A DNA stretch of 32,000 bases from Pseudomonas aeruginosa (GTDB lineage Bacteria > Pseudomonadota > Gammaproteobacteria > Pseudomonadales > Pseudomonadaceae): positions 5,250,001-5,282,000 of the forward strand of contig NZ_LN831024.1 of assembly GCF_001457615.1 (NCBI RefSeq), given 5' to 3'. Made by a program: the position numbers and the translations under genes. This document shows, one piece after another, positions 9,152 through 19,930 of the stretch (position 1 is its first letter; every line of letters starts with the position of its first letter). The notes below the pieces were generated by a model. The model did no database searches. It had not been told where the DNA came from and saw nothing but the letters and a program-made list of their open reading frames with translations.

Positions 9152-10525
9152 TCAGGCCGGCTGCCGGGACGCCTTCCAATCCTCGCCGCCCTCGCCTTCC
9201 CGTCGCAGGCTCCAGTCCTTCAGGTGCTCCAGGCTGGCGCGATAGGGCTTGAGGCCGATCCCCAGCAGGACCACCGCACCAAGCACCGCGGCCAGGGTCA
9301 CCAGCAGCAGCGAGTAGCGCAGCGCCATGTCGTCGGCGAAGACGAAATCGGTGACCAACGCCACCGCCGTCGGGCCCACGCCGAGACCGAACAGGGTGAC
9401 CACGAACAGGTAGATCGCCGAGGCCTGGCCGCGCATCGAGTTGGGCATGATCTCCTGGATCGCCGCCGGGGCCACGCCGAACGGCATGCTCAGGAAGAAC
9501 ACCGTCGGCGCCATCAGCGCCGCCGCCCAATTGGCGTTGTCCAGCAGCGGATAGACCAGGGTGAAGGGAATCACCGCCCAGGCGGCGAGCAGCCCGACGC
9601 GCATGTTCGCGTCGCTGCGCCCGCGCTTCGCCCAGTAGTCGGCCAGACGCCCGCCGAAGACGATGCCGAGACAGCCGAACACCGCGACGATGCTGCCGTA
9701 GACCACCCCGACATGACCGGCGTCCCAGCCGTGGGTGCGGACGAAGAAGGTCGGCACCCAGGCGCCGCTGCCGTAGCCGGCGAAGGACAGGCAGGCGAAA
9801 CCGAAGTTGTGGCAGAGCACGGTCTTGCGGTTGGCCCGCAGGTAGGCGCCGACCTCGCCCAGCGGCACCGCCACGCCTGCGCCGACTCCGCGCCGGGCCG
9901 GCTCGCGGATAGCCAGCAGCAACAGGCAGAAGAGCACGCCGGCGGCGCCGAGGATGAGGAAGATCAGTTGCCACGGGCGCACCTCGCCGAACAGCGGCAG
10001 ATGCACGTCGCCCTGGGCCGAGGCGAACTTGATCACCAGCCCGCCGAGCAGGAAGGCCAGCCCCGAGCCCAGGTAGATGCCCATCGAGTAGACGCTGATC
10101 GCCGTCGCCCGACGCTCGCGCGGGAAGCTGTCGGCGATCAGCGAATAGGCCGCTGGCGACAGCGCCGCCTCGCCGACCCCGACGCCGACCCGGAAGGTGA
10201 GGAATTGCCAATAGCTGCGCGCCAGACCGCAGGCCGCGGTCATCGCGCTCCACACCAGCACGCCGAACAGGATCAGGCCGCGCCGGCTGCGGTTGTCGGC
10301 CATGCGTCCGAGCGGGATACCGCAAAGGGTGTAGAACAGGGCGAAGGACAAGCCCATCAGCAGGCTCATTTCCGTATCGCTGATGGCCAGGTCGCGGCGG
10401 ATCGGGCCGACCAGCAGGTTGAGGATCTGCCGGTCGATGAAGGACAGCACATAGGCGACCATGAGGATCGCCACCGTGGTCCAGGCCGCAAGGTTGGAGG
10501 GATAGCCGTTATTGTTGTTATGCAT
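9152..10525 (-). CDS. Major facilitator superfamily transporter
   Basis: 457 aa from MHNNNNGYPSNLAAWTTVAILMVAYVLSFIDRQILNLLVGPIRRDLAISDTEMSLLMGLSFALFYTLCGIPLGRMADNRSRR (MFS loop 2-3 motif). Confidence 0.9.
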   Translation of the reverse strand: MHNNNNGYPSNLAAWTTVAILMVAYVLSFIDRQILNLLVGPIRRDLAISDTEMSLLMGLSFALFYTLCGIPLGRMADNRSRRGLILFGVLVWSAMTAACGLARSYWQFLTFRVGVGVGEAALSPAAYSLIADSFPRERRATAISVYSMGIYLGSGLAFLLGGLVIKFASAQGDVHLPLFGEVRPWQLIFLILGAAGVLFCLLLLAIREPARRGVGAGVAVPLGEVGAYLRANRKTVLCHNFGFACLSFAGYGSGAWVPTFFVRTHGWDAGHVGVVYGSIVAVFGCLGIVFGGRLADYWAKRGRSDANMRVGLLAAWAVIPFTLVYPLLDNANWAAALMAPTVFFLSMPFGVAPAAIQEIMPNSMRGQASAIYLFVVTLFGLGVGPTAVALVTDFVFADDMALRYSLLLVTLAAVLGAVVLLGIGLKPYRASLEHLKDWSLRREGEGGEDWKASRQPA

Positions 10526-10691
10526 GCCGAACTCCTGGACGCCGCCGAAGCGGCGGATGCGAAGGGAGGGTCGACAGGCAGGATAAGCCGGCAACATCCG
10601 GGCTTATACCCAGGGCAAGGGACTATAGAACTGCTGAATGCGGGAAGCGGGTTCCGGCGAATGACCGCCAGGTCATTCGCCGCCGCATGCG

Positions 10692-10808
10692 CTCAGAGCC
10701 TGTCCAGCATCTCGCGAGCTGGGCGGGGAAGCGGAGCTGACGAGCGGCAAATGAGCACTTCAAAGCCGTCATACCGCGCCGCGCAGCGGATCATGAACAG
10801 GCTCTCAG
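10692..10808. repeat. 117-bp element with imperfect terminal inverted repeats (REP/MITE-like candidate)
   Basis: Left end CTCAGAGCCTGTCCAGCATC; right end read in reverse complement CTGAGAGCCTGTTCATGATC: 16 of 20 positions match. Confidence 0.6.
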
Positions 10809-11827
10809 AGCGGCCTGGCCAAGCGCCCGCTCATCTCGGCCAGGGCGCCGACCCAGGCGGGGTGGTCGTTGAGGCAGGGAATCAGCACCAGGTCCTCGCC
10901 GCCGGCACTGATGAACTGCTCGCGGCCGCGCATGCCGATTTCCTCCAGGGTCTCGATGCAGTCGGCAACGAACGCCGGACACATCACCAGCAGGCGCTTC
11001 ACCCCGCGCTGCACCAGTTCGTCGAGCTTGGCGTCGGTATAGGGCTCGATCCACTTGGCGCGCCCCAGGCGCGACTGGAACGACACCGACCAGCGCCCCT
11101 GCTCCAGGCCGGCGCGCTCGGCGAAGGCCTCGGCGGTGCGCAGGCACTGGCTGCGGTAGCAGAGGGCGAGGGCTTCGGGGCTGACGTTGCGGCTGTTCTC
11201 GGCCAGCAGGTCGTGGGCAGGATCCTTCACCAGCTTGCGGATGTGCCGCTCGGGCAAGCCATGGAAGCTCAGCAACAGATGGTCGTGGGGCTGCTGCAGG
11301 TACGGACGCACGCTTTCCACCAGGGCATCGAGGTAGACCGGCTGGTCGTAGAACGGCGGCAGCGTGCTGACCTCCAGGCCCAGGCGATGGGCGGCGATCA
11401 CCCGGCGCACCTCCTGTTCGGCGGTGGTCGTGGTGCTGTCGGCGAACTGCGGATACAGCGGCGCCAGGGTCACCCGCCGGATACCACGGCGCGCCAGGTC
11501 GAGCAGGACCTTCTCGATGGCCGGCTGGCCGTAGCGCATCGCCAGTTCCACCGGCCCATGCGGCCAGTGCGGCTTCATCGCCTCCTGCAGGCGACGACTG
11601 AGGACGATCAGTGGCGACCCTTCGTCCCACCAGATCGAGCTGTAGGCGTGCGCCGATTCGGCCGGACGCTTGATCAGGATCAGCGACACCAGCAGGCGCC
11701 GCAGCGGCCAGGGCAGGTCGACCACGTAGGGATCCATGAGGAACTGGTCGAGATAGCGGCGGACATCCTCCACCCGGGTCGAATCCGGGGAGCCCAGGTT
11801 GAGCAACAGCAGGGCATTCTCGGTCAT
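10805..11827 (-). CDS. hemH: Ferrochelatase
   Basis: 340 aa from [39 protein letters not shown]; [12 protein letters not shown] and [12 protein letters not shown] ferrochelatase motifs. Confidence 0.96.
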   Translation of the reverse strand: MTENALLLLNLGSPDSTRVEDVRRYLDQFLMDPYVVDLPWPLRRLLVSLILIKRPAESAHAYSSIWWDEGSPLIVLSRRLQEAMKPHWPHGPVELAMRYGQPAIEKVLLDLARRGIRRVTLAPLYPQFADSTTTTAEQEVRRVIAAHRLGLEVSTLPPFYDQPVYLDALVESVRPYLQQPHDHLLLSFHGLPERHIRKLVKDPAHDLLAENSRNVSPEALALCYRSQCLRTAEAFAERAGLEQGRWSVSFQSRLGRAKWIEPYTDAKLDELVQRGVKRLLVMCPAFVADCIETLEEIGMRGREQFISAGGEDLVLIPCLNDHPAWVGALAEMSGRLARPL

Positions 11828-12741
11828 GCCTGATCCTTTCGTCGGGCGTCCAGGACATCGGCCAGCGCCACGTCCAGGTCGGTGAATTGAAAACGGTAGC
11901 CGGCGTCCTGCAAGCGTTGCGGCAAGGCTCGCTGGCCGCCGAGCAGCAATCCGGACATTTCTCCCAGCCCGAGGCGCAGGACGAACCCGGGGGTCGGTAT
12001 CCGCGCCGGCTTGTGCAGCGCCCGGCCCAGGGCCTTGGCGAAATCGCGGTTGCGCACCGGGTTGGGAGCGCACGCATTATAGGGACCGCTGGCATCGGGC
12101 CGCCGCAAAAGAAAATCGATCAGCTCGATTTGATCCTCGATATGAATCCACGGCATCCATTGCCGGCCGTCACCCAGCGGTCCGCCCAGGCCGAGCCGGT
12201 AGAGCGGCAACAGGCGCCCGAGGAAGCCGCCCTCGGGGGCCAGCACCAGGCCGGTGCGCAACAGCACGACACGGGTGCCGAGCTTCTCCGCCTCGCGGGC
12301 GATCTGCTCCCAGGCGAGGCATAGCTCGCTGGCGAAATCCTCGCCGGCCGCCGCCCCCTCCTCGGTCACCGGGCGCTCGCCGCTGTCGCCATACCAACCC
12401 ACCGCAGAACCCGATAACAGAAGGTCCGGGCGCTGCTCGCGAGCGTCCAGCCATTCCACCAGGCGCTCGGTAAGGCGTACCCGGCTTTCCCACAGCAGCG
12501 CCTTGCGCTTGTGACTCCAGGGTTTGTCCGCGATCGGCTCGCCGGCCAGGTTGACCACCGCGTCGAGCGGCTGGTCGCCGTACTCGTCGAAACGATCGAT
12601 GCCGCGCACGCCGACGCCGCACAGCGATTCCACCTGCTGCGGCCGCCGGCTGAACACGGTCAGCCGGTGCCCGGCCTGTCGCCAGCGGGCGCACAGGCGG
12701 CGCCCCATCAGGCCGGTACCGCCGGTCAAGAGAATGTGCAT
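11824..12741 (-). CDS. TIGR01777-family NAD(P)-dependent epimerase (YfcH-like)
   Basis: 305 aa [34 protein letters not shown]...; [28 protein letters not shown] is characteristic. Stop overlaps the hemH ATG. Confidence 0.92.
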   Translation of the reverse strand: MHILLTGGTGLMGRRLCARWRQAGHRLTVFSRRPQQVESLCGVGVRGIDRFDEYGDQPLDAVVNLAGEPIADKPWSHKRKALLWESRVRLTERLVEWLDAREQRPDLLLSGSAVGWYGDSGERPVTEEGAAAGEDFASELCLAWEQIAREAEKLGTRVVLLRTGLVLAPEGGFLGRLLPLYRLGLGGPLGDGRQWMPWIHIEDQIELIDFLLRRPDASGPYNACAPNPVRNRDFAKALGRALHKPARIPTPGFVLRLGLGEMSGLLLGGQRALPQRLQDAGYRFQFTDLDVALADVLDARRKDQA

Positions 12742-13081
12742 GGCTGTCTCCTCGTTTTGCCTGCGTGCCCTTTCAGTCTGGACCCTGGACATCGATCTGC
12801 CCGATGACCGTGCATCCTTCCCCCATTCCGGCGTTATCCTGTGGATGGAAGATCCGTCGGCTCCGGCCGGGGAACCCTGGCGTCGTTTTCGACTCAGCCA
12901 AGGAACAGGGCTTGCATCGCACTGGTGCCTTAGTGAACGGCGCCAGCCGTCTATTCTTCAGATAACTCGGTTGATACTTCCGAACGGAACGTCTGAAGGT
13001 TCGACAGGCCAGGAAGCGAGCCGTGCGCCGCAGGCGCGCCATCGGCGCGATGCAAGGTGCGCCTCGAAGCACGCGCAATAC

Positions 13082-13107
13082 TGTACATTAAATCAAGCTT
13101 GTACAAG
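13082..13107. promoter_or_regulatory. Candidate MerR/LitR/MlrA-type operator upstream of the 13155 oxidoreductase gene
   Basis: TGTACA-N12-TGTACAAG (TGTACATTAAATCAAGCTTGTACAAG). Confidence 0.55.
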
Positions 13108-13115
13108 AAACCTGA

Positions 13116-14138
<1,023 letters not shown>

Positions 14139-14184
14139 GGGGATCGGGCCGTCGCCTGGCGGCCCGATGTGACAAGAAAATACC

Positions 14185-14224
14185 TATACAAATACATTGA
14201 CCTGTACAAGATAAGTTCTAGGAT
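14185..14224 (+). promoter_or_regulatory. Candidate promoter with overlapping MerR-type operator upstream of the DUF523/DUF1722 gene
   Basis: TATACA-N12-TGTACAAG at 14185-14210, plus TTGACC (14197) - 16 nt - TAGGAT (14219). Confidence 0.55.
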
Positions 14225-14290
14225 GTGTCGTATGACCGCCTGGCTGTCGAGCTGCGCGCGAACCTCCTTTCCCCTCGGGAGACGACACCG

Positions 14291-15247
14291 ATGCACGAAT
14301 CTCACCCTTCCCTGACGCCCCGACTCGGCATCAGCGCCTGCCTGCTCGGCGAACCGGTGCGCTTCAACGGCGGCCACAAGCGATCCGCGCTTTGCGAGGA
14401 ACTGGCGCGACACGTCGAGTTCGTCTCCTTCTGCCCGGAACAGGCCATCGGCCTGGGCACGCCGCGCCCGGCGATTCGCCTGGAAGGCACTCCGGAAGCC
14501 GCCGAGGCGCGGAGCCGCGACGGCCTGGCGGTCGGCGGAGCGCTCGCCGAATATGCGCGGCGGGTGGCGCAACGGGCGGATACGCTGGACGGTTTCATCT
14601 TCATGCAACGCTCGCCGTCCTGCGGGCTGCAACGGGTCAAGGTCTATCCAGAAGGCGGCGGCGCGCCGCGCGCCGAAGGCCGTGGACGCTTCGCCGCAGC
14701 CCTTTGCGAAGCCTTGCCGGAGCTACCGGTGGAAGAAGAAGGCCGGCTGCACGATCCGGTCCTGCGGGAGAACTTCCTCACCCGCGTGTATGCCCATGCC
14801 CACTGGCAGGCCCTGCGCCAGCGCGGCCTCAGCCATTCGGCCATCGTCGCCTTCCATAGCCGCTACAAGTACCAGTTGCTGGCCCATTCGCCGGAGCACT
14901 ACCGCAGCCTCGGCCGCCTGCTCGGCGAAGCCGGCCACTACCAGCCGGAAGCCCTCGGCACTCGCTACTTCGGCGAGCTGATGCAGGGCTTGCGCCGCTG
15001 CGCGACCCGCGGCAGCCATGGCAACGTGTTGCTGCACCTGAGCGGCTACCTGAAACGCGACCTCGCAACCGAAGACAGGCGTGAATTGCGCGAGCTGATC
15101 GAGCAATACCGGCATGGCAGCGTGCCGCTGGTGGTACCGCTGACCCTGCTAAAGCACCACTTCCGTCGCCACCCGCATGCATACATCGCCCAGCAGGCCT
15201 ACCTGCAACCGCACCCGACCGAACTCGGCCTGCGCAACGCGCTCTAG
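14291..15247 (+). CDS. DUF523 and DUF1722 domain-containing protein
   Basis: 318 aa MHESHPSLTPRLGISACLLGEPVRFNGGHKRSALCEELARHVEFVSFCPEQAIGLGTPR (DUF523) followed by DUF1722-like AFHSRYKYQLLAHSPEHYRSLGRLL. Confidence 0.9.
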   Translation: MHESHPSLTPRLGISACLLGEPVRFNGGHKRSALCEELARHVEFVSFCPEQAIGLGTPRPAIRLEGTPEAAEARSRDGLAVGGALAEYARRVAQRADTLDGFIFMQRSPSCGLQRVKVYPEGGGAPRAEGRGRFAAALCEALPELPVEEEGRLHDPVLRENFLTRVYAHAHWQALRQRGLSHSAIVAFHSRYKYQLLAHSPEHYRSLGRLLGEAGHYQPEALGTRYFGELMQGLRRCATRGSHGNVLLHLSGYLKRDLATEDRRELRELIEQYRHGSVPLVVPLTLLKHHFRRHPHAYIAQQAYLQPHPTELGLRNAL

Positions 15248-15256
15248 GATTTCCCG

Positions 15257-16156
15257 ATGAACTCGCCCCACCTCGAACGCGGCGGCCTGCCGATCCGCGA
15301 AGTCACTCGTCTGACCGGCGTCCATCCGGTCACCCTGCGCGCCTGGGAGCGCCGCTATGGCCTGGTGGTGCCGCAACGCACCGGCAAGGGGCACCGGCTC
15401 TACAGCGAAGAGCAGGTCGAGCGCATCCGCCGGATACTCGTCTGGCTCGAGCGTGGCGTCGCCATCAGCCAGGTGCGCGCGCTGCTGGAGCGTCCGGAGG
15501 AAACCCCGGCGGCGGATGTCGAATCCCCCTGGGAACGCCTGCACGAACAGCTGCTGGACGCCATCGCCGCGCTGGCCGAGCGACGCCTCGACGATCTGTT
15601 CAACCAGGCCGCGTCGCTCTATCCGGTAGCGACCCTCTGCGAAAAGCTTCTGCAACCCTTGCTGCAGCACCTCGAACGACGCTGGCAGGGACAGTTCGGC
15701 GCGCGCATGGAGCGGGCCTTCTTCTTCTCCTGGTTGCGCAGCAAGCTGGGCGCCCGCCTTTATCACCAGCAACGGCTGCAACAGGGCGCGCCGCTGCTGC
15801 TGGTCAACCAGTCCGAGCTGTCGCTGGAACCGAACCTCTGGCTGTGCAGTTGGTTGCTCGGCAGCGGCGAGGTGCCGCTGCAGGTCTTCGACTGGCCGCT
15901 GCCACCGGCCGAACTGGCCCTGGCCTGCGAACGCCTGGAAGCTCGCGGCGTGTTGCTGTACGCCAGTCATCGCCTCAATCCGGAGCACCTGCCGCGCCTG
16001 CTGGCAGGGGTGAGCTGCCCGGTGGTGCTGGTCGGACCGGCCGTGGAGATCCAGCGCGAAGCCTTCGAAACCCTGGCGCTAACTGGCCTGCTGCTGGCGA
16101 GCACGCCCCTGGAAGCCCGCCGCCTGCTCGGCGAACGAGGTCTGTTGAACCCATGA
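15257..16156 (+). CDS. MerR-family regulator with CarH/LitR-like C-terminal domain
   Basis: 299 aa MNSPHLERGGLPIREVTRLTGVHPVTLRAWERRYGLVVPQRTGKGHRLYSEEQVERIRRI (MerR HTH; WERRYG typical of MlrA/CarA/LitR class). Confidence 0.88.
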   Translation: MNSPHLERGGLPIREVTRLTGVHPVTLRAWERRYGLVVPQRTGKGHRLYSEEQVERIRRILVWLERGVAISQVRALLERPEETPAADVESPWERLHEQLLDAIAALAERRLDDLFNQAASLYPVATLCEKLLQPLLQHLERRWQGQFGARMERAFFFSWLRSKLGARLYHQQRLQQGAPLLLVNQSELSLEPNLWLCSWLLGSGEVPLQVFDWPLPPAELALACERLEARGVLLYASHRLNPEHLPRLLAGVSCPVVLVGPAVEIQREAFETLALTGLLLASTPLEARRLLGERGLLNP

Positions 16157-17598
16157 ACGGACTTCCGATGAACCTGATCTGGTTTCGCTGCGACCTGCGA
16201 ACCACCGATAACAGCGCGCTCCTCGCCGCCGCCGATGGGCGCCCTTGCGTGGCTCTCTACCTGCTCAGCCCGGCGCAGTGGCGGGAACACGACGATGCGC
16301 CCTGCAAGGTCGACTTCTGGCTGCGCAACCTGGGCGAGCTGCAACGCCAGCTCGCCGCGCTGAACATCCCGCTGCTGGTGCGCGACTGCGGCCACTGGCG
16401 GCAAGCCCCGGAAGTCATCGGCCGGCTCTGTCGGGAACTGGGAGTCGGCGCGGTACACGTCAACCAGGAATACGGGGTGAACGAGGAACGCCGCGACCAG
16501 GCCGTCGGCCAACGCCTGCGTGAACAGGGCGTGGCCTTCCACAGCCACCTCGACCAGCTGTTCTTCGCCCCCGGCTCGGTGCTGACCCGAACTGGCGGCT
16601 ATTTCCAGGTGTTCAGCCAGTTCCGCAAGGTCTGCCACGAACGGCTGTACCAGGCCCTGCCGGGTGTCCGCCCGCGTCCGCAGCCCCAGCCACCGCACGC
16701 GCTGGCCAGCGACCCGCTGCCGGATGCCGTGCCCGCCTTCCCGCGGCCGGCCGATAGCTTGCGCCGCCTCTGGCCGGCAGGCGAAGAGGTAGCGCAGGAA
16801 CGCCTGCGCGACTTCGCCGACCAGCACCTGGCCGACTACCATGAACGGCGCGACTTCCCGGCGCTTCCCGGCACCAGCCAACTGTCGCCCTACCTGGCCG
16901 CCGGCGTACTCTCGCCCAGGCAATGCCTGGACGCCGCGCTGGTTGCCAACCGCGGCGAGTTCAGCGGCGGCCAGCAAGGCGCCGCGACCTGGATCAACGA
17001 ACTGCTCTGGCGCGAGTTCTACAAGCACATCCTGGTCGGCTACCCACGGGTCTCCCGGCACCGCCCCTTCCGCGAGGAGACCGAAGCCCTGCGCTGGCGC
17101 CAGGCCCCGGCGGAACTCGAAGCCTGGCAACAGGGGCGCACCGGCATACCGATCATCGACGCGGCAATGCGCCAGTTGCTCGCCACCGGCTGGATGCACA
17201 ATCGCCTGCGGATGGTGGTAGCGATGTTCCTCAGCAAGAACCTGCTGATCGACTGGCGCGAAGGCGAACGCTGGTTCATGCGCCACCTCATCGACGGCGA
17301 CCTGGCGGCGAACAACGGCGGCTGGCAGTGGAGCGCATCCACCGGCACCGACGCCGTCCCCTACTTCCGCCTGTTCAATCCGCTCTCGCAGTCCGAACGC
17401 TTCGATCCACGCGGCGAGTTCATCCGCCACTGGCTGCCGGAACTGGCCGGCCTGGAGCGCAAGGCGATCCACGATCCGTCCAGCCTGGGGCTGTTCGCCG
17501 GGGTCGACTATCCACGGCCGATGGTCGACCTGAAGGCCAGCCGCGAACGGGCGCTGGCGGCTTTCCGCAACCTGCCGCCGCGCGATGGTCGCGCGTAG
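16153..17598 (+). CDS. phrA: Deoxyribodipyrimidine photolyase
   Basis: 481 aa MNGLPMNLIWFRCDLRTTDNSALLAA...; INELLWREFYKHIL, RLRMVVAMFLSKNLLIDWREGERWFMRHLIDGDLAANNGGWQWSASTGTDAVPYFR. ATGA overlap with the upstream regulator. Confidence 0.96.
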   Translation: MNGLPMNLIWFRCDLRTTDNSALLAAADGRPCVALYLLSPAQWREHDDAPCKVDFWLRNLGELQRQLAALNIPLLVRDCGHWRQAPEVIGRLCRELGVGAVHVNQEYGVNEERRDQAVGQRLREQGVAFHSHLDQLFFAPGSVLTRTGGYFQVFSQFRKVCHERLYQALPGVRPRPQPQPPHALASDPLPDAVPAFPRPADSLRRLWPAGEEVAQERLRDFADQHLADYHERRDFPALPGTSQLSPYLAAGVLSPRQCLDAALVANRGEFSGGQQGAATWINELLWREFYKHILVGYPRVSRHRPFREETEALRWRQAPAELEAWQQGRTGIPIIDAAMRQLLATGWMHNRLRMVVAMFLSKNLLIDWREGERWFMRHLIDGDLAANNGGWQWSASTGTDAVPYFRLFNPLSQSERFDPRGEFIRHWLPELAGLERKAIHDPSSLGLFAGVDYPRPMVDLKASRERALAAFRNLPPRDGRA

Positions 17599-17683
17599 GG
17601 CGCGTCAGCGAGCTATCGCCTCCCGCCAAATGGCTCGCTCTTTCCATAGTGCGGTGCGGCGTGGTGGAAGAATCGCAGGCATG

Positions 17684-17711
17684 AAAAAGCCGGGATGAAC
17701 CCGGCTTTTTT
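17684..17711. terminator. Bidirectional Rho-independent terminator between phrA and pagL
   Basis: AAAAAGCCGGG-atgaa-CCCGGCTTTTTT, with T-runs in both orientations between convergent genes. Confidence 0.88.
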
Positions 17712-17723
17712 CGACCGTGCCGA

Positions 17724-18245
17724 CTAGATCGGGATCTTGTAGAACAGGCTGTAGGACTCGATACCGTCGTTCGGCTGTTTCAGGCCGGCGTTGGAATAGT
17801 GGATCGCCCGAACGCCGACCGACTGGCCGTTGGCGAACTTCAGGCCGGCACCGATGCGGTCTTCGAAGTTCAGGGAGGAACCCAGGTTCTGGTCGCCGAC
17901 ACGGGTGCCGGAGAACGCCGCCACGCCGATACCGGCCTCGATGAATGGCTTGATCGAGTCGCCGGCGAACTCGTAGACGAATACCGGAGCGAACGACAGC
18001 GAATGCTTGCCGGCGCCTTCATCGCCACCTTCCCAATAGGTGTAGCCCGCATCCCAGTAGCCGGTCAGGCGCCCGGTGGAGGTCTGCCACCAGCTCTTGT
18101 CCCAATCCCAGCTCAGGCCCAGGCGATAGGTCATGCCCGACTGGCCGGTCGCACCGACGGCGGCCGAGACGTCCGCCGCCTGGGCGGAGGCCACGTGGAC
18201 GGAGGAAAGTGCGGCCAGAACGGCCAGCGGAAGTAGTTTCTTCAT
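17724..18245 (-). CDS. pagL: Lipid A 3-O-deacylase PagL, outer-membrane beta-barrel
   Basis: 173 aa MKKLLPLAVLAALSSVHVASAQAADVSAAVGATGQSGMTYRLGLSWDWDKSW...; C-terminal HYSNAGLKQPNDGIESYSLFYKIPI with the catalytic His-Ser region. Confidence 0.95.
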   Translation of the reverse strand: MKKLLPLAVLAALSSVHVASAQAADVSAAVGATGQSGMTYRLGLSWDWDKSWWQTSTGRLTGYWDAGYTYWEGGDEGAGKHSLSFAPVFVYEFAGDSIKPFIEAGIGVAAFSGTRVGDQNLGSSLNFEDRIGAGLKFANGQSVGVRAIHYSNAGLKQPNDGIESYSLFYKIPI

Positions 18246-18378
18246 TGAAACGTCCTTTTCGAAAGTTGCATGAAAGCCCCCGCATTCAAGCTGCGCATTA
18301 TAAGAGCGCACTTACTAAAGCAGATACTAGACCAAACGCTTTAGTTCAAAAAATCGCTGTCACGTCTGCCAGGCACGA

Positions 18379-19176
18379 CTAAACGACTAATTTTCCTACG
18401 CTTTCCGGGCTTCCCCAGAGGATCGGCAGGATCCTTTCCATCTCCTCCGGCAGCGCGCTGGTCCAGAAACGTGGCGTCGCGGCCTGGCCAGAGGCCAGTA
18501 GCGCCCGCGCCGACAATACGCGCTCCAACTGCCGGGCGACAGCCGCTCCCGTATCGATCACCGCCATCTCCGTCGGGATCAGCTCGGCCAGCAGGGGTTT
18601 GACGAAGGGATAATGAGTACAGCCGAGGATCAGCGTATCGCAGCCCTGTTCGAGGATGGGCGCCAGCAGGCGTTCCAGCAGTGCCCGGGTTTGCGGCCCA
18701 TAGAGATCGCCGGCTTCGATGCGCTCGACCAGCCCCGGGCAGGGCTGGGTGAAGACCTGTACGTCGCTGGCGAAGCGGTCGAGCAAGGCGGCGAAACGCG
18801 CGCTCTTCAGAGTTCCGGTGGTGGCCAGGACGCCGACCCGACCGTTGCGGGTGGCCGCCGCGGCCGGCTTCACCGCCGGCTCCATGGCCACCAGCGGCAC
18901 CTGCGGATAACGTTCGCGCAATTCCGCCGCAGCCGCAGCCGTCGCGGTATTGCAGGCCAGTACCAGAGCCTTGGCGCCCTGCTCCAGAAGGAAATCACCG
19001 ATCCGCTCGCAGCGTTCGCGGATGTACTCCGCGCTCTTCTCGCCGTAGGGCACATGGGCGTTGTCGGCGACGTAGAGCAACGATTCGGATGGCAGGCGCG
19101 CGCGAATCTCACGCAATACGCTGAGCCCGCCGACCCCGGAATCGAAAACGCCGACCGCGGCCGACTCAACCGCCAT
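18379..19176 (-). CDS. murI: Glutamate racemase
   Basis: 265 aa [45 protein letters not shown]; [13 protein letters not shown]; [14 protein letters not shown]. Confidence 0.96.
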   Translation of the reverse strand: MAVESAAVGVFDSGVGGLSVLREIRARLPSESLLYVADNAHVPYGEKSAEYIRERCERIGDFLLEQGAKALVLACNTATAAAAAELRERYPQVPLVAMEPAVKPAAAATRNGRVGVLATTGTLKSARFAALLDRFASDVQVFTQPCPGLVERIEAGDLYGPQTRALLERLLAPILEQGCDTLILGCTHYPFVKPLLAELIPTEMAVIDTGAAVARQLERVLSARALLASGQAATPRFWTSALPEEMERILPILWGSPESVGKLVV

Positions 19177-19930
19177 GGCGTTGCCCGCAGACGGCACAGG
19201 AAGGATCGCGACGCACCCGCAATTCGCGGAAGCGCGTGCCGAGGGCGTCCACCAGCAGCAGGCGGCCCACCAGCGGTTCGCCGAAACCGGCCAGCAGCTT
19301 GAGCGCCTCCAGCGCCTGCAGGCTACCGACCAGCCCCACCAGCGGACCGATCACGCCGGCCTCGCTGCAGGTCAGCTCGGCCTCGCTGCCGTGCCCGTAG
19401 AGGCAGTGGTAGCAGGGGCTTTCGTCGCGGCGGGTATCGAATACCGAAAGCTGGCCCTCGAGACGGATCGCCGCGCCGCTGACCAGGGGCTTGCCGGCGC
19501 GCACGCAGGCGACGTTGACCGCCTCGCGGGTGGCGAAGTTGTCGGTGCAGTCGAGCACCAGGTCGACCGCCGCCACGGCGGCATCGAGGGAGTCCTTGTC
19601 CAGCGCGGCGCTATGGCTGACCAGGCGGATCTGCGGATTCAGCGCGCCCAGCCGGCGCATCGCCGACTCCACCTTGCCGACACCGACGCTGGTGCCATCG
19701 TGGATGACCTGCCGTTGCAGGTTGGTCAGGTCGACCGTATCGAAATCCGCCAGGTGCAGCTCGCCGACCCCGGCCGCGGCCAGGTACAGCGCCACCGGCG
19801 AACCCAGGCCGCCAAGACCGACGATCAGTGCGCGGCTGCGCTTCAGGCGCAGCTGGCCCTCGACGTCGACCTGCGCCAGCAGGATCTGGCGACTGTAGCG
19901 CAGCAGTTCCTCGTCGCTCAGCATACCCAT
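19166..19930 (-). CDS. moeB: Molybdopterin-synthase adenylyltransferase / HesA-MoeB-ThiF family
   Basis: 254 aa [74 protein letters not shown]. Confidence 0.94.
   Translation of the reverse strand: MGMLSDEELLRYSRQILLAQVDVEGQLRLKRSRALIVGLGGLGSPVALYLAAAGVGELHLADFDTVDLTNLQRQVIHDGTSVGVGKVESAMRRLGALNPQIRLVSHSAALDKDSLDAAVAAVDLVLDCTDNFATREAVNVACVRAGKPLVSGAAIRLEGQLSVFDTRRDESPCYHCLYGHGSEAELTCSEAGVIGPLVGLVGSLQALEALKLLAGFGEPLVGRLLLVDALGTRFRELRVRRDPSCAVCGQRHGG

Noticed and set aside
9224-11833. 869-aa plus-strand ORF
   Set aside because: Antisense to the well-supported MFS and hemH genes. Arg/Gly/Gln/His-rich shadow translation typical of high-GC DNA, and it crosses two genes and an intergenic repeat.
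12773-13078. 101-aa minus-strand ORF in the intergenic gap
   Set aside because: No recognisable domain, no convincing RBS, and composition unlike neighbouring genes. Left as non-coding.
15967-17472. 501-aa minus-strand ORF
   Set aside because: Antisense to the photolyase, low-complexity shadow composition.
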